The position numbers and the translations under genes were made by a program. Below are positions 1-8,600 of a stretch of 21,370 nucleotides of DNA, piece after piece. Position 1 is the first letter of the stretch, and every line of letters begins with the position of its first letter. Origin of the DNA: Microcoleaceae cyanobacterium (lineage in GTDB: Bacteria; Cyanobacteriota; Cyanobacteriia; Cyanobacteriales; Microcoleaceae); contig JBOFUV010000092.1 of NCBI GenBank assembly GCA_051652765.1, positions 1 through 21,370 on the forward strand, in the 5' to 3' direction. The notes beneath the pieces are model-generated. The model was not told the DNA's origin. It ran no database searches and saw nothing but the letters and a program-made list of their open reading frames with translations.

Positions 1-191
1 TTGCTATTGGCGGATCTTTGGCGGGTAAAAGCAAAAAGCTCAGAGCTGAAAACTTAAAGAGGCTTGATTTCTTCAGAGAAAAAGCTGAATCCATGACAAA
101 GGAAGAATTGGATCAAGCGATTGCTGAATTTGATAGAGAGTTTGATGGTGAAATCCCAAAATCCCAAATCCTTATCCGCATCAAAAAATAA
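1..191 (+). CDS. 3' end of a hypothetical protein truncated by the window edge (...AIGGSLAGKSKKLRAENLKRLDFFREKAESMTKEELDQAIAEFDREFDGEIPKSQILIRIKK*)
   Basis: Manual translation of frame 3 is open from base 3 to TAA at 189-191, with a charged, helical-looking composition. Not in the ORF track. No family recognised. Confidence 0.65.
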   Translation, partial: AIGGSLAGKSKKLRAENLKRLDFFREKAESMTKEELDQAIAEFDREFDGEIPKSQILIRIKK

Positions 192-332
192 CCGCCTGAT
201 GAATTCACCCTGTCGGTGAATCGCCCCTAGCAGGATCGGCTAGTTGGTGGAGCTGATGTGGCTCAGAAATCCCACGTTCCTGGGATTGCGGAGAAGGGGT
301 CGCTCCCCCATTCGCCTACTCTTCGGAGTAGC

Positions 333-517
333 GAGAGAGAAGAGATTGAGGGCTTTCATAGGGAAATAAGCACCCCCAGTAATGGGCGCGGGCTTCAATA
401 TTTTCAAAAGCTCCTCTTGACTCTCTCACCCTTGCCTACTCTTACAGAGTGAATTAAGCTCCCCGTAATGGTTGTGGGCTTTCAACGGATTCAGAAGATC
501 TATAGGCATTTAAAGGG
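333..517 (+). ncRNA. Putative bridge RNA core: target-binding hairpin (333-427) and donor-binding hairpin (429-517); transcript may begin further upstream (about 195)
   Basis: Hairpin 1: GAGAGAG(333-339)/CTCTCTC(421-427), AAGAG(340-344)/CTCTT(414-418), GGGCTTT(350-356)/AAAGCTC(407-413), AAGC(368-371)/GCTT(392-395), apical CCCA-GTAA-TGGG. Hairpin 2: CCCTT(429-433)/AAGGG(513-517), GCCTA(434-438)/TAGGC(503-507), TCTT(440-443)/AAGA(495-498), AAGCTC(456-461)/GGGCTT(476-481), apical CCCGTAATGG. Each has two ~11-nt internal-loop strands, and two of the four match the junction at 1848-1861. Confidence 0.8.
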
Positions 518-538
518 CAATAGCGGTGATCCGGTATT

Positions 539-543
539 GAGGA
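539..543 (+). promoter_or_regulatory. Shine-Dalgarno-like GAGGA for the recombinase ATG at 551
   Basis: GAGGA lies 7 nt before ATG 551, favouring 551 over the TTG at 545. Confidence 0.6.
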
Positions 544-550
544 ATTGAAT

Positions 551-1795
551 ATGTCCATTATTGGGCTTGACGTTGGGCGCAACCACGCCGTAGCTGCTGC
601 ATTGGAAGAACTTCCTAGCAACATTCAGCGCTACTATTCCCAGCATCGGCGGGAGTTCGTGCGGGTAAATTGCGATAAAGAAGGTTTTGATCTGTTGTGG
701 GCGATGCAACCGGAAAAGGTTGTAATGGAACCGACTGGAGGATGGTATTCACGTCTGACGGCTGAGAGATGCGAAGAGCGAGGGATTGAGGTGCTCTGGG
801 TAGGTCATGCAGACCTGAAGGCTCAGCGGCAAAGTTACGGGTTTAAAAACAAGCGAGATCCTGAGGATGCACTGTGTTTAGCGGCCTGCTATTTTGACAA
901 CCGCTTTATCGACAAGCATGGACAAAAGCGCTTCATTCAATTCAATCAAGACATCCGGTTGCTTCAGGATTGGTTTTATGAGTCTGAGCAACTGGATAAG
1001 GTTGGCAACGGCCTAGTCAACCAGATTCGTCAGCGACTCTGTTACGAGTTCCCAGAGTGGGCTCAACATGGCGCGGGTGATAGCAGTATTAATGACAAAT
1101 TGGGCTGTCACCCTTTTTGGGCAGCGCTTGCAGGGAGCCACTCATATCATCAATTCAAAAAAGCCTACAGTACAACTGTAGGTGCAGGCTTGAGCGATTA
1201 TACCAAGCTTCATGCAGCACAATTGGTTGAGTTACAGCGACGCACCCAACCCCTACTGGAGAAGATGGAGGAGTTCTTATCTAAGCCAGAGTTTGAGCCT
1301 TATTTAAAAGCCATGGCTCCCTTTAAATTCGGGCTGAAGAATAAAGCTTACTTGGTTTGTAAGTTGTACCCGTTTGATAAGTTTCTGGTGGATGGCAGAC
1401 CATGGATTGAGCACCATTCCAACAGCAAGGGGAAAAGAAGCAAGCACGACCACTCGCAGCGGCAATTGCAAGCTTACTTAGGGTTGAGCTACACCATGGA
1501 AAAATCTGGAGATTCAGGTCAGCTCAATAAGAAATTCCATGGTTCTAAGGTTTGCCGTTCAAGCCTCTACATGTGGGCTAAAAACAAGTTTGACCGGGAA
1601 CGAGGGAAACACATGGACTCAGAACAGGGGCAAGCACTATGGCAGAAGCATAGGTCACAGAGACGCTTGCAAGATAATGGTAATGGTCAGTTTAAGGCGG
1701 GGGAAGATGCGATCGGGGGGGACGATGCAATTATTAGACTGCTATTTAGGACGACTTACGAACTTTACAAAAATCTGAAGCAAGAGTTTTTATGA
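551..1795 (+). CDS. IS110-family recombinase/transposase (N-terminal DEDD RuvC-fold domain, C-terminal Tnp domain with catalytic Ser), 414 aa
   Basis: Motifs IIGLDVG (D7), VVMEPTGGW (E60), KNKRDPEDALCLA (D103, D106) and QLQAYLGLSYTMEKSG (S319) correspond to the IS110 DEDD tetrad and the AY.GL....SG motif. Frame intact. Confidence 0.9.
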   Translation: MSIIGLDVGRNHAVAAALEELPSNIQRYYSQHRREFVRVNCDKEGFDLLWAMQPEKVVMEPTGGWYSRLTAERCEERGIEVLWVGHADLKAQRQSYGFKNKRDPEDALCLAACYFDNRFIDKHGQKRFIQFNQDIRLLQDWFYESEQLDKVGNGLVNQIRQRLCYEFPEWAQHGAGDSSINDKLGCHPFWAALAGSHSYHQFKKAYSTTVGAGLSDYTKLHAAQLVELQRRTQPLLEKMEEFLSKPEFEPYLKAMAPFKFGLKNKAYLVCKLYPFDKFLVDGRPWIEHHSNSKGKRSKHDHSQRQLQAYLGLSYTMEKSGDSGQLNKKFHGSKVCRSSLYMWAKNKFDRERGKHMDSEQGQALWQKHRSQRRLQDNGNGQFKAGEDAIGGDDAIIRLLFRTTYELYKNLKQEFL

Positions 1796-1847
1796 GGTTC
1801 AAAGTAAAATTCTGGGGCTTCTCTTTTTTTGAGGTACGGAATATCCT

Positions 1848-1861
1848 AGAGTGAAAATATT
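1848..1861 (+). other. Recombination junction (left-donor / core / right-target) AGAGT-GAA-AATATT
   Basis: 1848-1855 AGAGTGAA is identical to 446-453. 1852-1861 TGAAAATATT is the exact reverse complement of 397-406. Confidence 0.8.
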
Positions 1862-1984
1862 ACTGACTGAAGCTTAACTTACAGCACTTTGCCCAAAGTA
1901 TGGAACATCTAGCCGCTCAAGTCCTTCTTCAAAAGGGAATACAGGGAGAATTTCTTTGTATTACAACCCAACGAAGCCTGCTGT

Positions 1985-2028
1985 AAGTGCTATTAAGGTG
2001 CTATTAAAGTCCTATTGAAGTTCTGTTG
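1985..2028 (+). repeat. Four degenerate 11-bp tandem repeats upstream of ruvA
   Basis: AAGTGCTATTA / AGGTGCTATTA / AAGTCCTATTG / AAGTTCTGTTG. Confidence 0.75.
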
Positions 2029-2046
2029 GAGTCATAGACAGGTAGA

Positions 2047-2679
2047 ATGATCGGATATCTTAAGGGAAAAATTACAGAAATTCAGAAAATTAGCAACACT
2101 AAAGTTATTCTGATTTTAGAGGCGAATCATATTGGTTATGAGATTCAGATTGTTCCCCGTTTAATTCAGGATCTCCCTGAATTTGGAGAGAGTATTCAAA
2201 TTTTTACTCACCTCCAAGTGCGAGAAGATCAAATGGTATTGTATGGTTTTTCGAGTACCGCCGAACGCGATTTGTTTCGGCAATTAACGAGTGTTAGTGG
2301 TATCGGAACTCAACTCTCAATTGCTTTATTAGACACATTGGGTTTGCAAAATTTAGTTCAAGCTATTGTCAGTGGAAATACCCGCGTTCTCTCGAAGACT
2401 CCCGGCGTTGGGGTGAAAACCGCCGAACGAATTTCTCTTGAACTGAAGACCAAACTGTCTGAATGGCGACAACAGGCGGGATTACCCAAGACTTCAACAA
2501 CACAATTAACCCCAGAAATTCAGGAAGACATTGAGATGACACTTTTGGCTTTAGGTTACACCGGATCAGAAGTGATGCAAGCTTTACAAGCGATCAGCCA
2601 AAACAAACAGTTGACGCAAAATACGCCAACTGAAGAATGGATTAGAAGCGCAATTAGTTGGTTGGGAGAAAACGTTTAA
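2047..2679 (+). CDS. ruvA: Holliday junction branch migration protein RuvA
   Basis: MIGYLKG start, HIGYEI, HLQVREDQMVLYGF (acidic pin), HhH motifs LTSVSGIG and KTPGVGVKTAERISLELK, C-terminal LLALGY; 210 aa. Confidence 0.97.
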   Translation: MIGYLKGKITEIQKISNTKVILILEANHIGYEIQIVPRLIQDLPEFGESIQIFTHLQVREDQMVLYGFSSTAERDLFRQLTSVSGIGTQLSIALLDTLGLQNLVQAIVSGNTRVLSKTPGVGVKTAERISLELKTKLSEWRQQAGLPKTSTTQLTPEIQEDIEMTLLALGYTGSEVMQALQAISQNKQLTQNTPTEEWIRSAISWLGENV

Positions 2680-5600
2680 ACGGTTGCTCCTGAAGTAAAG
2701 TCTACTTCTGTAATTGAACTGAGTGAAACCTGATTCAAGGTTACCAAGAGTTCAGTCCCCACTTGAATCACAACACTCTCTCCTCGTTGTTCTAGAGTCA
2801 AGTCAAGGAAAGATAGTCCGCCCAAAAGCTCTAGAACATCCTCTCCATCTGTAAAGTCCACAATCACATCGGCTCCGGTCTCTACAACTAGAACAAACTG
2901 ATCCAACCCTGCTCCCCCAGCCAGGGTATCGTTCCCTAAGTCTCCGAGGAGTCGATCGTTACCCTCCCCTCCCACTAAGGTATCGTTATCTTTCCCACCA
3001 AACAATGTATCGTTGCCAGTATCTCCGCAAAGCAGATCTTGTCCTTCGTTGCCACTGATCAAGTCATTGCCTGCACCGCCACAGAGAGAATCTTGGGAAC
3101 CCGAACTGCCTACGGGTTGATCACTGCCAATGTCTCCAAACAATGTGTCGTTGCCAGCATCTCCACAAAGTTCATCATTGCCGCGATCGCCTAGTAACTG
3201 ATCATCCCCCGCTTCTCCAGATAACAAGTCATCTTCTTGGCCCCCTCGGATTAGATCGTTTCCTTCCCCGCCTTTTAAGGTATCGGTGTCGCGGTTGCCC
3301 TGGATAAAATCATTGCCTGAACCCCCCAGCAGAATATCTTGACCGACAGGAACTTGATCGGAATCGTTAGTATCGCCAAACAGGGTGTCGTCTCCCAGAT
3401 CCCCAAACAGGGTGTCATTGCCCAGTTCGCCTCGGAGTTCATCGTTGTCTTTACCCCCATAACCGAAGTCGTTCCCTTGACCTGCATACAGGCGATCGCT
3501 CCCAATACTGCCCTGCATAACATCATTACCCTGGTTCCCGAAGAGAGTATCCTGACTCATCTCACCGCCGACGGAACTTTCTTGACCTGGGTCGCCGACT
3601 AACGTGTCGTTATCCAAGTTGCCAAACACAATGTCATTGCCGTCATTGCCGTAGACTAAATCTTCGCCCCTGCCCCCGTAGAGTGTATCGTTGTCTGCGC
3701 CGCCATCCAAGCTATCGTTATTTTCATTGCCCCCGAGGAAATCATTGCCATCTCCCCCAGTTAGCAGATCTGTTCCAGCCAAATCCGGACTGGATAAGCG
3801 ATTTGTGCCGCCAAACAAAGTATCGTTCCCGGCTTCTCCAACCAAAGAATCAACACCTAAGGAACCAAACAGGACATCATTTGCCGTTCCGCCATTCCCG
3901 AAGTCGTTCCCATCTCCACCATCCAGTAAATCACTGCCGGAATTGCCCAACACATTATCGTTGCCGCCTCCAGCCAACAGGATATCATTGCCGCCAAATC
4001 CCAGAACAGCTTCGTCAGCGTCAGAACCGACCAAGAAGTCATTGGCTTCTGTACCGGGGAGGGTCACTGCCACACTGTTGCCTGCTAAGGGCTCCAGGGG
4101 AAAAGGCAACGTCGGCAGCGTAATTCCGGTAATGGTCATAGCACTGCAAAAGTTACACAGTCCCTCAAACTCCCCCCTGTCCTCATCTTCCAGAACTAAC
4201 CGAACGGTGGCAACATTAGAAACGGCTCCTTCGTTGTCGGTGGCTTGATAGGTGAAAGTAAACTCGGCTTCAGAGGGATTAGAGTCAGGACTAAACCTCA
4301 ATTGATCGGCTTGATCCAGAGTTAAGTCCTGCACCTGACTTAAATCCGTAATTTCCAACCCATCCAGGAACAGTTCTCCTTCAGATGGGGTTAACAGACT
4401 AATCAAATCAAAACTCACAACTTCACCGTCTGGATCAGTTGCAGTTAAGGCCGGGACATCAACGCCATCACTGTCTCTGGGAATATCTTCTAAGAGTAAA
4501 TCTTCGGCAATCGGAGCCAGATTGTTGTCAATCGGAGGCGATTGTTGTTGCGTGACATTCAGAATGATATCCACTGAATTGGAGGAATCCCCGTCATTGT
4601 CAATGGCAAAGTAGCCCAACAACAGCTCTCCTACAAAGTTCGGATTGGGGCTGAAAGACAGGGTACTGGCTTGCTCCCCAGACAAGTTCTGAACTTGGCT
4701 GAGATCGGTAACCGCCACTCCCGCTAAAAATAACGTGCCTTCATCCACCTCTGGCAGCGTGATCAGGGTAAAGCCCTCGATTGTTCCATCTGGGTCAGTG
4801 GCAATTAACGGCGGAATTTCAACTCGATTCACCCCATTGGTAAACTGCGGAACAGTCACGGACTCGGCAATGGGCGGAGTATTGGCGACCAAAGGGATAG
4901 TGACCGTGCCGGGTTCAACTGAAGTCTCGTCATCGTTATCGACGGCAAGAAATTGGAACGTCACCTCACCGACAAAATCTCGATCAGGAATAAATTCAAG
5001 TTGTTCAGCGTCCTCAAAATCGATCAAGTCGTCAACTTGAATGGGCTGGCCATTCAGCACCAGTTGTCCATTCAGGGCTAGTTCGGTAATGATAAAGCCC
5101 TCTACGGTTCCATCCTCATCACTTCCGGTTAACGCTGGGAGATCAACGGTGTGGGTATTTCTGACTTCATCCAGGGTAATATCATCAGCAATCGGAGGTA
5201 AATTTCCCTGAAACACAGGAATGGTGTAAGTCCCAGGAGTTAAATCAAAAGCTCCCTGATTGTCAATGGCGGCATAGGTGAAAACAGCCTCTCCGACAAA
5301 GTCCCGATTGGGCTGAAAGGTTAACTGATCCGCTTGATCAATTAAAACCGGTTCATTTAACTGAACGGGTTCCCCGGCCAGAAAGAGTTCCCCAGCTAAA
5401 TCTGGAATCAGGGATTGAATTTCAAAGCGAACCACTTCCCCATCAACATCACTCCCACTTAAAGCTGGAATCGAAACAGGTTGAGCCGTTCGATTCGAAA
5501 CATCGGGGGCGGTAATGTCGTCGGTTTCTGGGGGAATATTAGCTGGAATCGGCGAAACAATCGGAATTCTGAAGGTTCCGGGCAAGCTTTCTGCATTGTC

Positions 5601-8600
5601 ATCATCCGTCGCCACATAGCGGAAATTATCCGTGCCAACAAAATCCCGGTTGGGAGAATAGAGCAATTCATCGGCTTGATCCAAGGGAATCAGCAAGGCT
5701 GTGTCTGTAATGGGCTGATTTCCCAGAAACAGTTGACCATTGTCGGGCAAGTCAACTACCCGGAAATTCACTAGGACACCGTCTTCATCTATTCCTTGTA
5801 AAGTACTTAGGGGAGCTTGGGTTTGATTAACATCAATCTCTGAATTGAAAATATCTTCAACGATTGGAGGTCGATTGATCACCGGAATATTAAAACCCGC
5901 TGTGTTTGAAACGGCGTTTTCATTGTCAATCGCGACATAGTTAAACCCTGTCAGCCCTTTAAAGCTTGGGGTTGAAGTGAAAGTCAAACTGTCGGCTAGG
6001 GAGATCGGAATAAGTTGATTGGGATCAATCAAAGCTTCGCCGTTTAGGGAGATCTGACCTGCCAAGGGAAAATTCACAATCCGGAAGCCAACGACCTCTC
6101 CATCAGAGTCACTCCCAATCAGGGAATTGAGATCTACCTGAATCGAATTGGAGAGAATGTCAGGGTTATTAATCGTCGTGGCAACTGGGGGCTGATTGGG
6201 GTTAGTGGGAATGGCAATCAGGGCTGGATTTAAGGACTGTTCGTTGTCATCATCTGTGGCCGTATAGGAAAACGTGGCAGTGCCTGTGAAGTTAGGATTG
6301 GGTAAGAAGGTCAGTTGACGGCTCTGTGCTTCTGTCAACTGAGCCACCTGACCTAACCCAGTAACAGGTTGCCCCGCCAAGAGTAATTGACCATTACTAG
6401 ACAGTCGATCAATGGTGAAAAACTCAACCGTACCATCTTCATCCTCGCCAATCAGCGGCGGAATCACCACAGGAACCGCTGGATTTCTCACGGGAGGCTC
6501 AACCGTAATATTTTCAACAGTGGGGCGCTGATTGAAAATGCCTCCGGTCACAATCGGAATCGTCACCACCCCAGTGTTGAGCGATCGCAACCCTTCATTG
6601 TCGGTCACGATGTATTCAAAGAAGTCCGCACCGATGAAGTCGCTATCTGGTGTAAAGGTCAATTGAGTCGCCTGTTCGATCTCAACCGCTTGTAATTGGT
6701 CAATATCTGTAATTGGTTGACCCTCAAAAAACAATCGACCCTCTGAGGGAAGTTGCTTCAAGCTAAATTGCTCGACGGTTCCGTCTACATCGACTCCGTT
6801 CAGCAGGGGAATCACAGGAACCTGACTTGCTTGATTGTTCACCGGATCGAGGAAAATCTTATCCGCAACCGGGGGAAAATTGGCAATGCTGGGAATGATA
6901 TAGGTCGCTGGGGTTGGATCTTCCCCCCCTTCGTTGTCGATGGCTGCGAACTGAAAGAGCGCAAAGTTAAATGGGGGCTCAGGACTAGGAGTAAACGTCA
7001 AGTCCCCAGCTCGATCCGCAGGAACCACTGCGTTCAGTTCCAGGGGTGTACCATCCAAGAACAGGGTTCCCTGAGTTGGCAGTTGCGTAATTCTAAACCC
7101 AGTCACAAAGCCATCAGCATCACTTCCCTGCAAGGGGAGCAAAGGAACTTGAACATCGGTAGGACGAATGAAGTTCCCAACGACATCCTCTGTTTCCGGG
7201 AGTTCATTCGGAATATCCGTAATCGCAATGGTTGCGATCGCCAGATCGCTGTTAAAGCCATCCTCCCTAGCTTTATCTCGGACAATCACCTCAACGGTTC
7301 TTGGAGTAGTCGTTGGGTTAATCGAGGCGTTATTATAGACGATGCCATCGATAATGGCTTCATAGTCCTCCAAACTAGCGCTGCCATTAATTTCTATGGT
7401 GGTGCCATCCGCATTGACCGTCAGTCCCAATTGATCCACCAAGGTCTGGGCTGCTTCATTAAAGCCGATGCTTTCCAGAGAGCCATCCAGCGGATTCGTG
7501 AGACGAATCGTTGCGACCTCCAGAGTGTCATCATCTGCATCTTCGATTAACGATTGATTGGCAATGGCAACGGGATCTTGACCTTCGGTAAATCCGGTCT
7601 CAAAATTAACTCCAGGGGTAGTTGTCCGATCCAAATCTAGGACTGGAGGCTCCTGCAAGGTTTGAATCCGAACACTGCGGAGTTCGTGAAAGTTAGTGCC
7701 AGTTCCTGTAGACCCCGCAAACCCAAACTTAAACGTCTCCGGGAAATCCCCATTATCGGCTTTAACATCTAGATTGTTAATTAGCAGTTCATTGGGCTCA
7801 ATGACCTGATCGAAATCTAAATCCAGGGAAACCGAGAGCAACCCATCCTGAGTCAGCAGGATTTCAACAGTTCTCCGACTCTCCTGATTACGCGCATTAA
7901 CGTCAGTATCAATCCCAATCGGGAGTACTCCGGTAGTCGTAATAAAATCATAGCCGTCAGCTTCGCTGCCCCGAATCGTAATCGCATCAGGGGTTGAACC
8001 CGGCCCCCCTATTCGGCCTTCGCTCGCTCTGGGATTGGCAAAGTTGCCAAATGCATCAAAGCCAATGCCAAGATAACCGCCTTCCAGTCCCGGTTTACCC
8101 TGATCAATTCTGGGAGCATAGCCCAAGGAACCCCCAAATCCTCCACTGGTGGTGGGAGATGCGTCACCATCAATCAAGAAAAAACTAATCCCATCGGCTC
8201 GTTTGTCCCCGGTTCCTCCATAGGCGAAGAACTCGAACTCTAACTTCAATCCAGCATCGGAGCGAACAGGAAAATCGTAAATGACAAATCCAGCTTGCTC
8301 ACTTGCATTTGAGGTCAGTCGTAATGCTCCGGCTCCCTCTAAGTCCGGAGTGAACCCCGCAGGAACTCCTGGAATTCCTCCCTCTTGGGGGGCTCGATCA
8401 GGTCTGGCCGTGAGGAAGGGATTTTCTAGGTCGCTTGGAGTATCGGAGGTTGTGCCCGTGCCAAAGATCCATCTCAGTTGATCATCAAAGGGGGGTTGAA
8501 AAGAAAGGTCAGCGTTGACAAAAGTTTCATCAACCAGCAGAATCAGAACAGAGGTGTAAGCCCTTAGAACCTCTGAGCGAAAGGGTAAGATCTGATTCAC

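Larger units (their letters stand above)
1..1855 (+). mobile_element. Right-hand part of an IS110-family (bridge-recombinase) element; right end at the GAA core about 1853-1855, left end apparently outside the window
   Basis: IS110-type recombinase, upstream structured ncRNA, and a hybrid junction at 1848-1861 matching the ncRNA loop strands. No predicted left junction found in 1-550. No HIP1 site in this segment. Confidence 0.7.

Noticed and set aside
82..95. AAGCTGAATCCATG as the element's left junction
   Set aside because: Only 8/14 match to the predicted ATAGGGAATCCGTT, the left-target half does not match, and it lies inside an uninterrupted frame.
258..452. 64-aa ORF over the non-coding region
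   Set aside because: No recognisable domain, and it coincides with dense RNA stems and guide loops that explain the sequence better.
195..517. CRISPR or TIGR array interpretation of the repeats upstream of the recombinase
   Set aside because: There is no regular repeat-spacer periodicity and no cas genes. The protein retains the IS110 catalytic Ser domain, and the two-loop bridge model fits with a junction match.
1814..1830. Terminator after the recombinase (GGGGCTTCTC followed by T7)
   Set aside because: The stem is only about 3 bp, too weak to call.
2047..2679. Functional coupling of ruvA with the RuvC-fold recombinase
   Set aside because: ruvA is a normal core gene lying outside the inferred right junction, so adjacency is explained by insertion-site location.
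2676..2679. Convergent stop codons of ruvA and the RTX gene overlapping in TTAA
   Set aside because: Real but a common compact arrangement.
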